Below, in pieces: positions 18,892 to 29,082 of a DNA stretch of 57,715 nt. Origin of the DNA: Candidatus Omnitrophota bacterium (GTDB lineage Bacteria > Omnitrophota > Gorgyraeia > JAHIPI01); assembly GCA_016783745.1 (NCBI GenBank), contig JADHVZ010000008.1, positions 1 to 57,715 on the forward strand, in the 5' to 3' direction. The stretch's first letter is position 1, and the number at the start of each line of letters is the position of its first letter. Both the position numbers and the translations under genes were made by a program. The notes beneath the pieces were generated by a model. The model had not been told where the DNA came from, made no database searches, and saw nothing but the letters and a program-made list of their open reading frames with translations.

Positions 18892-20739
18892 GTGCTAAAA
18901 TTGAACACCATGAGAGACTACATAAGGCTTCTGAAATTCCTTATCCCCCACCTGTGGGTGTTTTTCGCGGCCGTTTTGTTCATGTTTTTATTCGGCATTT
19001 GCGAAAAGGCCTCATTATGGGCGGCGATCCCGTTTGTGGATAACATACTTGCCGGGAAAGAGATAGTAATGCCCGGACAGCAGTATGTTCCCCTGTTTTT
19101 ACTGGATTTTGTGGACAGGATAAATGTGCTGGGCAGCCGGTCACGTCTAACGCTTCTTTACTGGATAGTAGGCGTGCTGGGCATATTGCTGGTCTCGCGC
19201 GAGGTGACAGCGTTTTTTAAGAACTATTTCATGCGCGATCTCGGGGAAAGAGTGATACGGGACATCAAAACAAGGATATACGATAAATTTCTATCGCTTT
19301 CTCTCGATTTCTACAGCAAAAACCCGACAGGAAGACTTGTATCCCGTATAACCTACGACGCTGTCCTTATCCGCGATTCTATCACAACAGGCCTTACCGA
19401 TCTGTTCGATCAACCTATGCAGGTCATAATAGGCCTCATCGTCATATCGGTCATAAGGCTCTGGTTCGATATTTCCTGGTTATTGATCTTACTTAGCATA
19501 GGCGTGCTCCCGGCCATACTTTACCCGGTCAAACGGCTGGGCAAGAGGCTTAAGAAGCTTAGCAGGCAGAGCCAGGAGAAGATGGGCGATATAAATGAAA
19601 CGCTTTATGAGACAATATCCGGCATCAGGATCGTTAAAGCATTTTCGATGGAACCTTACGAGTCGGACAAGTTCAAAAGAGATAATCAGCATTTTTATAA
19701 GCTTAGCATGAAGACGGTGAAGAGGATGGAGATCATAAGCCCCATGTCCGAATGTGCCATATTTATTTGCACGGGGTTCGTTATACTCTTTGCGGGAAAA
19801 AGTATTATAGAAGGCACTCTCTCCGCCGGCGCTTTCACCGTATTCGTAGCGGCTCTTGCGCTCATGGCTAAACCGGTCAAACGGCTGGCCAGGGTGTATG
19901 CCATATTGCAGACAGCGCTTGCCGCGGGGAAAAGGATATTCGATGTTCTCGACGAGGAATCAAAGGTAAAAGAGCGGCCGGACGCGAAACAGCTGCCGCT
20001 ATTTGAAGACAAAATAGCCTTTGACAATATGAATTTCAAGTATGAAGATAGCGATGTGCTTAATAATATATCGTTTGAGGCAAAAAAAGGCGAGATCATA
20101 GCTTTTGTAGGTCCAAGCGGGGTAGGTAAGACTACTCTTGTCAACCTGATCCCGCGTTTTTATGACCCGACAAGCGGTTCCATTAAAATTGACGGCGTTG
20201 ACGCCAGAGAGTTTACCCTGAAGTCTCTGCGTGATCAGGTGGGTATTGTCACTCAGGAGACCATTCTCTTTAACGATACCGTAAGCGCGAATATCGGTTA
20301 CGGAAGAGGTGATGAATCGAACAAAGAAGAGATTATCCGCGCCGCGGAGATAGCCAACGCGCACGATTTTATAGTCAAAATGCCGCAGGGTTACGATACA
20401 GTGATAGGAGAACGCGGCTTCAAGCTTTCGGGCGGTGAGAAGCAAAGGCTTGCAATAGCAAGAGCTGTCTTCAAGAATCCACCCATCCTTATTTTAGATG
20501 AAGCCACCTCTCAGCTTGATACTGAATCCGAGATCCTTGTCCAGAAGGCAATCGATAATCTAATGAAGGGAAGGACCGTATTCGTAATAGCCCACCGGTT
20601 AAGCACCATAAAGCACGCCACAAAGATCCATGTCCTTGATAAAGGCAGTATTATAGAGACAGGTACGCATGATGTTCTTATCGAAAAAAGCGGCCTCTAC
20701 AAACGTCTCTACGAAATGCAATTCGCTGATAGAAGGTAA
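18892..20739 (+). CDS. msbA: Lipid A export ABC transporter (MsbA-type fused TMD-NBD)
   Basis: Six-TM domain, Walker A GPSGVGKT, signature LSGGEKQR and Walker B ILILDE. GTG start at 18892; an alternative ATG lies at 18910. Confidence 0.85.
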   Translation: MLKLNTMRDYIRLLKFLIPHLWVFFAAVLFMFLFGICEKASLWAAIPFVDNILAGKEIVMPGQQYVPLFLLDFVDRINVLGSRSRLTLLYWIVGVLGILLVSREVTAFFKNYFMRDLGERVIRDIKTRIYDKFLSLSLDFYSKNPTGRLVSRITYDAVLIRDSITTGLTDLFDQPMQVIIGLIVISVIRLWFDISWLLILLSIGVLPAILYPVKRLGKRLKKLSRQSQEKMGDINETLYETISGIRIVKAFSMEPYESDKFKRDNQHFYKLSMKTVKRMEIISPMSECAIFICTGFVILFAGKSIIEGTLSAGAFTVFVAALALMAKPVKRLARVYAILQTALAAGKRIFDVLDEESKVKERPDAKQLPLFEDKIAFDNMNFKYEDSDVLNNISFEAKKGEIIAFVGPSGVGKTTLVNLIPRFYDPTSGSIKIDGVDAREFTLKSLRDQVGIVTQETILFNDTVSANIGYGRGDESNKEEIIRAAEIANAHDFIVKMPQGYDTVIGERGFKLSGGEKQRLAIARAVFKNPPILILDEATSQLDTESEILVQKAIDNLMKGRTVFVIAHRLSTIKHATKIHVLDKGSIIETGTHDVLIEKSGLYKRLYEMQFADRR

Positions 20740-20855
20740 TTTTGGTAGGCTTTTTTGTTAGTAATTGAAAATAGTTAGGTATTACATAACTATAATTAGA
20801 TGAATATGTTACGTATATCATGACAAAAGACCTAATATTTTTCTTATAATAGGTA

Positions 20856-20884
20856 TTGACACGTCCCTTGAAAAATGATATAAT
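20856..20884 (+). promoter_or_regulatory. Consensus sigma70-type promoter TTGACA-N17-TATAAT
   Basis: TTGACA at 20856-20861 and TATAAT at 20879-20884, about 80 nt upstream of the 20966 CDS. Confidence 0.65.
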
Positions 20885-20965
20885 AATAGTGGAGAAAAGG
20901 GGGCATTTTTTTATCCCACCTTAATTGAGGCCTTTACAAAGATTTGCATAAAAAAGGGGAAAATC

Positions 20966-23956
20966 ATGAGACGCTTATTAAAAAGTTCTATTTCTATGTT
21001 AATATGTGCCGGGCTTCTATGTCTGCTGCCTTTGACGGCTCACGCGGATAATCTATTGCTTAATAATAGTTTCGAAGACTCAGGTTGGCCTCCGGTTAAC
21101 TGGGTCGAATGGTCAGGCGCTGAAAGGCCTTATAGCGGAGCTTTTGGCTATCTCTCAAGGGTGGCAAATTCAGGAATCAGGTCCGCGTTGCGGGCTCTCT
21201 ACGGAAGAGGTAATCGCTGGAGCGGGTACACCCAGGATGCAGCCGTAAGCGCGGGTGATGTAGTTAGGGCAAGCGGCTGGTTTTACTGCCCGAAGGGCAA
21301 TCCGCTGCGAAACGGAGCGGAAGCGTACATAGAAATAAAATTTTTGGATATAGGCGATAACGAATTAGAGGTCCATCAAAGCAGTTTCCTTACGTCAGCT
21401 ACGCTTTGGGCGCAGCAAACTATACAAGATAAACGAGCGCCGGCCGGTACGACTACCGCGAGATTCAGTTTTGTATTACGGACCACCCAGGATACATCCG
21501 CGGGTGTGGTTTACTTTGACGACGCGTCAGTGGAGATCGATGAAGCGCCGCCCGTCGTTATGATCATCTCGCCACCCGATCAATTGGCGACAAATATTTC
21601 TTCTATAACGGTCAACGGAACAGTTGACGATCCTCAAGTCACATCGATTGATCTGAACGGCAACATAGAGACGGTAAGCGGCGGATCCTGGTCCGGCAAT
21701 ATTTCGCTGGCGGAGGGAAGCAATATTATCATCGCAACAGCCGCTGATGCCGCCGGTAATATCGGCTCTGACAATATTACGGTCTACCTCATCACAACCG
21801 CTCCCATCGTACAAATAACATCTCCCGCTGATCTTTCGGCAGTATCGGTATCACAGGTAACTGTAACGGGTACTATCGATGATGTATCGATCACTTCTAT
21901 AGATGTGAATGGCAATATTGAGACGGTAAGCAGCGGCTCATGGTCAAGCTTGGTGGCTTTGATCGATGGAGCGAACTTGATCACTGCGGCCGCCACTGAT
22001 AGTGCCGGAAATCCCGGTTCAGACAGTATAACCGTGAATTTTACGCTGCAAAAGGCGTTATTAAACCAGGGGTTTGAAGATCCAGGATGGCCGCCTTCCG
22101 GATGGAGTGAATGGTCAGGGGCCGCAAGCGGTGATCCTGCGGACGGATGTTACGGATATATCGAAGCTACGGAGGTTTATTCAGGCTCTCAGTCAGCGGC
22201 CAGAGGCCTCTACGGAAATGGTTTTCGCTGGGGCGGGTTCAGCCAGGAAATCGCGGTAGGAGGATGGGATCTCATCAAGGCAAGCTGCTGGCTTATGAGC
22301 TCTACTTCAGATGACCCGTTGGCAAATAACGCGAGCGCGTATATCGAGATCAAATTTTACGACGGAAGCAGTGAGGAGCTTGGATTTTATCAGAGCGCGC
22401 CGCTTACGGCCGCGAGTCCGTGGGTAGAACATAAGATAGAAAGATGCGCGCCCAAAAACGCGACAAAGGTGCGGTTTGTACTTGTTATGTTGGGGAGTTC
22501 GGAAAACTCTTCGGGTAAAGTTTTTTTTGACGACGCTTCAATAGAGATCATACCCGGCAGCTGTGCTCCGGCCCCGGAACCGCCGTTTAATAAACCGATA
22601 AGTACCGGGGGAGTCCAGATTTCGGGAAATACCCTGCTGGTAGAAGGAAGGTCATTTATTATTAAAGGCCTTTGTTATCAAGCAGTACCTATCGGAGAAT
22701 TCCCATGGATATACGATATCTACAATGATGCCAACATATACGATCGTGATCTGCCTATTTTACGCGACATGGGAGCTAATACCATACGAACCTATAGCAA
22801 AGTAACTTCAAGTGGATTTCTTGATGCCTGTTATAACGGAGGAGTGGATCCAGTTTACGTAGTTATGGGATTCTATATTGACGGCGATCTTGATTTAGGC
22901 GATCCCACTATAAGGGATTCGATCAAGGCTGATTTTATAAATTATGTGAACACATATAAAGACCATCCGGCTGTGCTTATGTGGTCGCCCGGCAATGAAA
23001 CAGAGTACACTTATACAGGATGCGACTGGGAATATTACTCACTTCTTAATGAGCTGGCTGAGGAGGCTTATATCGCGGAGGGCAGTACATATCATCCCGT
23101 GACATCGGCAATGGTTGATATATCCGATATCGGCGACAGTGGCCTTCTAACATCTGACAGCGATATGGACTACCTCGATGTATGGGGGGCAAACGTTTAC
23201 AGGGGGCAATTTTTCGGCGATCTTTTTGATGATTACGCGTCTAAGAGCGGAAAAGTCTTCTGGGTGTCCGAATTCGGCGTAGACACCTGGCATACAAATG
23301 ACAAAAACGGTGATCCGGCGGACGGCGTTTTAGATGAGGTATCGCAGGAGAATTGTGATGTGGCGTTATGGGACGAGATCGCTTCACGCGGCGATGTATG
23401 TTCAGGCGGCGCGGTATTCGAATATTCGGATGAGTGGTGGAAAGGCCATTACGGCGATCCCGCTGCTCACGATTATCAAGGATTCGCCTATAATAACCCT
23501 ACCCATCCAGATGAGTACTCGAATGAAGAATGGTACGGCCTTGTGGCGGTCTCAGACAACGGAATAGGGCCGGATATCGTTTCAATGCGTAATGTGTATT
23601 ACGGATTACAATCGCGATGGGCGGAGATCGAAGAATCCGCGCTGCACGTAGAAAACATATCTTTGGAGTTAAGGTATTGGTATTGGCTTGCCAGGGCCCA
23701 GGCAACTGTTACAATATATGATGATGCCGGTCAACCTGTTGCCGGGGCTACTGTATATGGAAGATGGAGCAATTTGACTCTTGATAGAGATATTGCCGTA
23801 ACCGATGCCGAAGGCAAGGTCACAGTCACTTCCAATAACGTCATAGTGAATCCCGGAGCGCAATTTTGGTTTACGGTCACCGATATTGAGGGTGCCGGTT
23901 ACGTTTATGACCCTGCGGCCAATGTCGAGACCAGCGATTTGATCATTATTCCATAA
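20966..23956 (+). CDS. Secreted multidomain glycoside hydrolase: signal peptide, (CBM-like + Ig-like)x2, clan GH-A-like TIM barrel, C-terminal beta-sandwich
   Basis: Duplicated NxxFED.GWPP..W.EWSG...AYIEIKF...FDDAS.EI modules, and duplicated I(S/T)SP..L...V.GT.DD...TSID.NGNIETVS.GSWS modules. NTIRTY, SPGNE and VSEFG motifs are typical of clan-A acid/base and nucleophile strands. Confidence 0.75.
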   Translation: MRRLLKSSISMLICAGLLCLLPLTAHADNLLLNNSFEDSGWPPVNWVEWSGAERPYSGAFGYLSRVANSGIRSALRALYGRGNRWSGYTQDAAVSAGDVVRASGWFYCPKGNPLRNGAEAYIEIKFLDIGDNELEVHQSSFLTSATLWAQQTIQDKRAPAGTTTARFSFVLRTTQDTSAGVVYFDDASVEIDEAPPVVMIISPPDQLATNISSITVNGTVDDPQVTSIDLNGNIETVSGGSWSGNISLAEGSNIIIATAADAAGNIGSDNITVYLITTAPIVQITSPADLSAVSVSQVTVTGTIDDVSITSIDVNGNIETVSSGSWSSLVALIDGANLITAAATDSAGNPGSDSITVNFTLQKALLNQGFEDPGWPPSGWSEWSGAASGDPADGCYGYIEATEVYSGSQSAARGLYGNGFRWGGFSQEIAVGGWDLIKASCWLMSSTSDDPLANNASAYIEIKFYDGSSEELGFYQSAPLTAASPWVEHKIERCAPKNATKVRFVLVMLGSSENSSGKVFFDDASIEIIPGSCAPAPEPPFNKPISTGGVQISGNTLLVEGRSFIIKGLCYQAVPIGEFPWIYDIYNDANIYDRDLPILRDMGANTIRTYSKVTSSGFLDACYNGGVDPVYVVMGFYIDGDLDLGDPTIRDSIKADFINYVNTYKDHPAVLMWSPGNETEYTYTGCDWEYYSLLNELAEEAYIAEGSTYHPVTSAMVDISDIGDSGLLTSDSDMDYLDVWGANVYRGQFFGDLFDDYASKSGKVFWVSEFGVDTWHTNDKNGDPADGVLDEVSQENCDVALWDEIASRGDVCSGGAVFEYSDEWWKGHYGDPAAHDYQGFAYNNPTHPDEYSNEEWYGLVAVSDNGIGPDIVSMRNVYYGLQSRWAEIEESALHVENISLELRYWYWLARAQATVTIYDDAGQPVAGATVYGRWSNLTLDRDIAVTDAEGKVTVTSNNVIVNPGAQFWFTVTDIEGAGYVYDPAANVETSDLIIIP

Positions 23957-23968
23957 GGGGAACATAAA

Positions 23969-24028
23969 GGGGACAGACACTTTTTGAGGCTATGTATATA
24001 GCTACAAAAAGTGTCTGTCCCCTTTTTA
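23969..24028 (+). terminator. Rho-independent terminator
   Basis: Perfect 18-bp stem GGGGACAGACACTTTTTG / CAAAAAGTGTCTGTCCCC followed by TTTTT. Confidence 0.85.
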
Positions 24029-24069
24029 CATAGTATTTTGCGTATTATTATAATAGAGGGAGAAAAAGC

Positions 24070-24097
24070 TTGCAAACAGGGCATATTTTGGTATAAT
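24070..24097 (+). promoter_or_regulatory. Promoter TTGCAA-N16-TATAAT with an extended -10 TG
   Basis: TTGCAA at 24070-24075, TGG then TATAAT at 24092-24097, upstream of rpsB. Confidence 0.6.
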
Positions 24098-24162
24098 ACA
24101 ACACCAGTACAAGCTGTCAATCAAGCAAAAGCAACTATTTTAATAACGCAAAGGAGAAAAAA

Positions 24163-25086
24163 TTGGAACTAGATACACAGACACTAATAAAGCAGTTACT
24201 TGAAGCGGGGGTACATTTTGGCCATCAGAAGAATAAATGGAACCCTAAGATGAAGGAGTATATATTTACCCAAAAAAGCGGTATATATATAATAGACCTT
24301 CAACAAACCGTGGATGCCCTGAAAAAAGCGTGTGATTTCATCAGCAGTGTGACGACTAAAGGTGAAGGCATCTTATTTGTGGGCACAAAGAAGCAGGCGA
24401 AGGACATCATAAAAGAAGCCGCCGAGTCCAGTAACAACTATTACGTGGTGAATAGGTGGCTAGGAGGCCTTCTTACCAATTTCGGAACTATCAGAAAGAG
24501 CGTGGCGCGATACGATAATATCGAGGCCATGAAAACTGACGGCACTTTCGATAAGCTTTCGAAAAAGGAAGCCTCCCAGCTGAACAAAGAGCTTCTAAAA
24601 CTGAAGAAAAATCTCGACGGTGTCCGCAAAATGAAGAAATTACCCGACGCACTTTTCATAATAGACCCCATGAGAGAGACCATTGCCGTTAAGGAAGCGG
24701 TAAAACTCAAGATACCCATCGTAGCTTTAGTGGATACAAATTGCGATCCCGGGCTGATCGATTATGTTATACCAGGCAATGACGATGCGATCCGTGCCAT
24801 CAAGCTGATAACAGGCATAATCCTTGAAGCTGCGACAAAGGGCAGGATCGATTTCGTGGCAGGAGTCGAGAAGGTAGTCACAGCTAAGGCTGAGGGAAAA
24901 GTCACGGAAGCTATAGACGCCTCAAAAGAGATCATTGAGTCCATGCCGGAGGATAAGCTGGTGGAAGAAGCCGAAGTCATAGAAAAACTGGCTCGGCATG
25001 GCAAGAAGGATGAAAAAATAGAAGAAGAGAAAATAATAAAGAAGAAACCGCAAATTAAACGTCAAAGGCCCATAAAAAGAGGATAA
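24163..25086 (+). CDS. rpsB: Ribosomal protein S2 with a Lys/Glu-rich C-terminal tail
   Basis: [11 protein letters not shown]...WNPKM motif. TTG start 6 nt after AAGGAG. Confidence 0.93.
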   Translation: MELDTQTLIKQLLEAGVHFGHQKNKWNPKMKEYIFTQKSGIYIIDLQQTVDALKKACDFISSVTTKGEGILFVGTKKQAKDIIKEAAESSNNYYVVNRWLGGLLTNFGTIRKSVARYDNIEAMKTDGTFDKLSKKEASQLNKELLKLKKNLDGVRKMKKLPDALFIIDPMRETIAVKEAVKLKIPIVALVDTNCDPGLIDYVIPGNDDAIRAIKLITGIILEAATKGRIDFVAGVEKVVTAKAEGKVTEAIDASKEIIESMPEDKLVEEAEVIEKLARHGKKDEKIEEEKIIKKKPQIKRQRPIKRG

Positions 25087-25089
25087 GTC

Positions 25090-25680
25090 ATGGTAAAGGC
25101 AGATCAGGTAAAAAGATTACGAGAGAAAACAGGCGTAGGGATGATGTCCTGCAAAGAGGCACTACGCGAAGCGGGCGGCGATCTTGACAAGGCCGTAGAT
25201 ATATTGCGAAAAAAAGGTGAAGCAAAAGCCATAACACAGTCAGGGAGAACGGCTAAAGAAGGCTTGGTGGCAAGTTATATCCACCTCGGAGGCAAGATAG
25301 GTGTACTTCTGGAGATGAGCTGCGAGACTGATTTTGCCGCCAAGAGCGAGGACTTTAAAGGTTTGGTAAAAGATATATGCATGCATATAGCGGCAAGCAA
25401 TCCACTGTATGCAAAACGGGAAGACGTCCCTAACGAAGTAATAGCTAAAGAGAAAGAAATATTCACGGCACAGGTAAAAGGCAAACCGGAGAAAGCAGTA
25501 GAAAAGATCATAACCGGTAAGTTGGAAAAGTTTTATAAAGACGTATGCCTTCTTGAGCAGCCTTTTGTGAAAAATCCTGACACTACGGTAAAGGATCTTA
25601 TGGTCGCTTCGGTCTCAAAGATAGGGGAAAACATCTTTATCCGAAGATTTACACGTTATCAGGTTGGGGAAGAGATTTGA
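25090..25680 (+). CDS. tsf: Elongation factor Ts
   Basis: VK.LRE.TG.GMM.CK.AL N-terminus. 196 aa short form. Confidence 0.93.
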   Translation: MVKADQVKRLREKTGVGMMSCKEALREAGGDLDKAVDILRKKGEAKAITQSGRTAKEGLVASYIHLGGKIGVLLEMSCETDFAAKSEDFKGLVKDICMHIAASNPLYAKREDVPNEVIAKEKEIFTAQVKGKPEKAVEKIITGKLEKFYKDVCLLEQPFVKNPDTTVKDLMVASVSKIGENIFIRRFTRYQVGEEI

Positions 25681-26393
25681 GAAAGCCGGTTTTTAAAAGA
25701 ATAGTACTGAAGCTCAGCGGAGAGGCGCTGCAGGGCAAAATAGGTCACGGTATTGACTATGGCGTTACGGCCGCTATCGCTAAACGCATAAAAGAAATAC
25801 ACGGATTAGGCATTAAAGTCGCGATCGTGATAGGCGGAGGTAATATCTTCAGAGGAGCCGCCGCTGAAAACCGGGGAATAGACAGGTCGACGGCTGACTA
25901 TATGGGCATGCTGGCAACTGTGATAAACGGTATGGCGCTGCAGGATGCCCTGGAAAATGAAGGCGTTTTTACAAGAGTGATGTCCGCAATAGAGATGAAG
26001 GAAGTAGCTGAGCCCTATATCAGGCGCAGGGCCATGCGGCATCTCGAAAAAGGAAGAGTCGTCATTTTTGTAGGAGGGACCGGCAACCCTTACTTTACCA
26101 CTGACACTACGGCAGCCTTAAGGGCTGTAGAGCTTGACGCGGAAGTCATATTAAAAGCCACGAAGGTAGACGGTGTTTATTCCGCTGACCCCAAAAAGAA
26201 CAGGACCGCCAGGAGATTCAAGAATTTGAAATATATAGACGTCATCAGAAAAAATCTGAAAGTGATGGACGCGACTGCCATAAGCCTGTGCATGGATAAC
26301 AAACTGCCTATAATCGTTTTTAATCTGTTCGTAAAGGGAAATATTAAAAAAATCATTTTGGGCGAAAAAATCGGCACAATAGTTAAGGAGTGA
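25677..26393 (+). CDS. pyrH: UMP kinase
   Basis: [15 protein letters not shown] and TTD motifs. The TTG start overlaps the tsf stop. Confidence 0.93.
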   Translation: MRKPVFKRIVLKLSGEALQGKIGHGIDYGVTAAIAKRIKEIHGLGIKVAIVIGGGNIFRGAAAENRGIDRSTADYMGMLATVINGMALQDALENEGVFTRVMSAIEMKEVAEPYIRRRAMRHLEKGRVVIFVGGTGNPYFTTDTTAALRAVELDAEVILKATKVDGVYSADPKKNRTARRFKNLKYIDVIRKNLKVMDATAISLCMDNKLPIIVFNLFVKGNIKKIILGEKIGTIVKE

Positions 26394-26396
26394 TTT

Positions 26397-26960
26397 ATGG
26401 ACACCGTAAAAGATGTAATACGAGATGTCGAAGGTAAGATGAAAAAAACCCTTGAGGCCACTCACAGGGAGTTCAATACCATCAGGACGGGCAGGGCTTC
26501 ACCGGCGCTGGTAGAAGGCTTAAAAATAGAGTATTACGGCCAGGAAGTCCCGATAAAGCAGATAGCCGGAATTTCCACGCCTGATGCTAAGCTTATTGTC
26601 ATACAGCCGTGGGATCCGACAGCGCTTGGCGGGATCGAAAAAGCTATATTAAAATCAGATGTAGGTATAACACCTAATAATGACGGCAAGCTTATAAGAT
26701 TAAGCGTACCGCCTCTTACCGAGGAAAGAAGAGAAGAGCTGATCAAGCTTGTGAAGAAGATGTCTGAGGACGGGAAGGTCTCGCTCCGCACGGCCCGGCA
26801 TTCGGCGAATGATATTATAGACAAGCTGGAAAAAGATAAGAAAATAACCGAAGACGGTAAATTTAACGGGCACAAAGAGACACAGAAGCTTATCGAGAAG
26901 TATTCCGAAGAGATAGATAAGTTATTCAAGACAAAAGAAGAGGAAATAACCAGCCACTAA
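26397..26960 (+). CDS. frr: Ribosome recycling factor
   Basis: RTGRA.P.LL....V.YYG and LT.ERR motifs. Confidence 0.95.
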   Translation: MDTVKDVIRDVEGKMKKTLEATHREFNTIRTGRASPALVEGLKIEYYGQEVPIKQIAGISTPDAKLIVIQPWDPTALGGIEKAILKSDVGITPNNDGKLIRLSVPPLTEERREELIKLVKKMSEDGKVSLRTARHSANDIIDKLEKDKKITEDGKFNGHKETQKLIEKYSEEIDKLFKTKEEEITSH

Positions 26961-26990
26961 TTTTATATGTTGAAAGGACTTGAGGTTTTC

Positions 26991-27041
26991 GGTGTACGGT
27001 TTTCGGTTAACGGTTGTTCCGAGAACCGAGAACCGAACACC
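26991..27041. repeat. Heptad-periodic hairpin: CGG every 7 nt on the left arm (26991-27013), a 5-nt loop, and CCG every 7 nt on the right arm (27019-27041)
   Basis: Read directly. 19 of 23 arm positions are complementary. No U-tract on either side. Confidence 0.7.
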
Positions 27042-27071
27042 AAACAGCGCTCTTTACATAGTACTATTTAT

Positions 27072-27147
27072 GGGCCGCTAGCTCATCTGGTAGAGCACCG
27101 CCCTTTTAAGGCGGGCGTGGAAGGTTCGAGTCCTTCGCGGCTCACCA
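27072..27147 (+). tRNA. tRNA-Lys (anticodon TTT), CCA encoded
   Basis: Cloverleaf folded by hand: acceptor GGGCCGC/GCGGCTC, D stem GCTC/GAGC, anticodon stem CCGCC/GGCGG with loop CTTTTAA, T arm GAAGG-TTCGAGT-CCTTC. Confidence 0.9.
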
Positions 27148-27169
27148 AATTTTGCTTCGCAAAATTTGG
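27145..27169 (+). terminator. Perfect 11-bp hairpin CCAAATTTTGC-TTC-GCAAAATTTGG starting in the tRNA CCA end
   Basis: Read directly. No U-tract follows, so its function is uncertain. Confidence 0.3.
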
Positions 27170-27236
27170 TCCCGTAGCAGCGTTAAGAAATGCGACGAGT
27201 AGGAGCATTTTAGCTGCGGAGGGGCCATCCAACAAC

Positions 27237-27479
27237 ATGTGGCACGTTTACATCCTCAAATGTTCCGATAATTCTCTTTACACCGGCGTAACAAATGACC
27301 TCCCCGGCCGCGTAAAAAGGCACAATCAGCGACGAGGCGGCGCATATACCCGCTCCCGCACACCGGTTAAGCTTATCCATTCCGAAGAATGCGCCACAAA
27401 ATCCCAAGCATTAAAACGAGAATTAGAAATCAAGGACTTATCGCGCGAAAAGAAACTTCTCCTAATCAATCAGCAATAG
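27237..27479 (+). CDS. Small GIY-YIG domain protein
   Basis: WHVYILKC.D.SLYTGVTNDL..R...H motif. Start set at the ATG at 27237, because the upstream part of the track ORF overlaps tRNA-Lys. Confidence 0.75.
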   Translation: MWHVYILKCSDNSLYTGVTNDLPGRVKRHNQRRGGAYTRSRTPVKLIHSEECATKSQALKRELEIKDLSREKKLLLINQQ

Positions 27480-27612
27480 ATCCGGTTCATATCTCGTAGC
27501 AAATATCCAGCCAAAATCCGCAGTTTATGCCTCTTAACCTCTCTAGTTAACGCGTTATTGCGCTATTTCTGCCGTTATTGATCGACGGTTTTATTGTTGA
27601 TTTATCTCTTAA

Positions 27613-28530
27613 CTAGGAATTTGCTGTAAAGGGGAGAGAGGTATTGGTGAGTTTCTGCCATATGATCCTTTGCTTTTCCCAATCGAATTCATTGGTTATT
27701 TCGCGCGTCTTATATTTCGGTAGGCTGTTTATCTTATCATCGGTAGAGAGAAGTATCTCTTTTTGTATGTCAGGCGCCAATAAAGTGAGATTTACGATCT
27801 GCAGCAGCCTCGGGTGGCTTATATGGAGCCAGTTGGAGATCTGGCTGAAGTCCTCGGCCTTACCTTCCTTTAAAGCTCGTTCGATATGATATGCAAGCGC
27901 TAGATGCTGCCTTAACCTCGGCTCATTTATTATCTTTGCCATGCGGTACCGTGGCGAAGCATGGCGTACTTTTTTTAGGTTGATTTTGAATTCGAATTGC
28001 ATTTCGCGGGTTCTCTTAGCAGATGTAAGAATCTGATACCGTTTTCGTTCAGTTTGAGGCTCAACTTCTCGTCTCTGGCATCATAGGACGCCTCTTTCAG
28101 CAAAAGCTGCAACACACGGTGTTTCTGCGCGAATAAGAGCACATCCCAGATGGGTGATGTGACTAAAAGCGCATCCTTAAGTTCCTTTTTTGATAAAGCT
28201 GGATTTTCCGGATCCTTGTTTATGGAGTCTAGAATTCTTGCCAGTTCTCTCTCATTTTCGGATATATTCACAAGCTGCGCGATAACTGCCTCTTCCATTG
28301 CCTGGGCATTGACGGATTTGGTAGGACATGACTTATAGCCGCGTTTCTGGGCGTTTAAGCAGACATAATACCTGTATAGATGCTTGCCTTTTTGCACATA
28401 AGTATGGAACATGGTGCTGTCGCAGGCCCGGCAGCGCAGGATGTGGTAATCTTTACTTTGGATTTTATTCAAGAAAGAATAGATTTCGACCCTACTAGTT
28501 CTATACGTGCTGCCAAAGATGATGGATCGG
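27613..28530 (-). pseudogene. Large serine recombinase remnant: zinc-ribbon/coiled-coil part and C-terminal HTH part in two frames; the N-terminal catalytic domain is absent
   Basis: LRCRACDSTM...YRYYVC....C motif (zinc beta-ribbon) in ORF 27975-28472. LTLLAPDIQKEIL motif, typical of the C-terminus of such recombinases, in ORF 27613-28002. The two ORFs overlap by 28 nt in different frames. The open frame upstream ends at about 28530 without a resolvase domain. Confidence 0.7.
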
Positions 28531-29082
28531 TATTAATGGCTGAATATAGCCTGGAGATCAACCGTTTCTTGAAAAGATATTGGGGAAACGGGATTCTGGA
28601 GCTTTGGGACGGAAAGGATGGCAAATGCCTTGGCTATTCTGATGCTTTTATACCCGTAAATATCGACCTTCGCGGAACAATTGATAACTTTAACCAGAGA
28701 ATCAAAACTTGCGAAGAAGAAATCATAAAAAGACGAGATTCGGCAAAAGGCTAAATCCACACCAACTCGCGCCAACCAGTGACAGCGTAGGAGCACGTAT
28801 ATTAATCTATCAAAAACCTACCTCATATCCTGCCTAAAATGGCCTTTTGAAGCCCCTACCAGCGTCCTATAATCTTATATATTATGTGAAGTTGTAAAAC
28901 TGAACTTTTGTTTAAAATAAATGAGTTGCGACAATTTCCGGAGGTGACTTTTCACAAAAAAACGTTAGGAAAACGCGATCAGAAGCAAAGGGAAAGGTAG
29001 ATATATATTTTTTTGGATTTACTATTAATAGAGTATAATGTTATTAAGATACGAGACGACCAAAAGTAAAGGATCTGTTTAG

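Noticed and set aside
26967-27236. N-terminal 90 codons of the 170-aa track ORF 26967-27479
   Set aside because: This part runs through the heptad hairpin and the whole tRNA-Lys gene. Only the C-terminal GIY-YIG part from the ATG at 27237 is credible.
28380-28754. 124-aa plus-strand ORF
   Set aside because: Its first third is antisense to the recombinase remnant, and the rest has no RBS or recognisable motif. It may be another gene fragment, but I cannot support a call.
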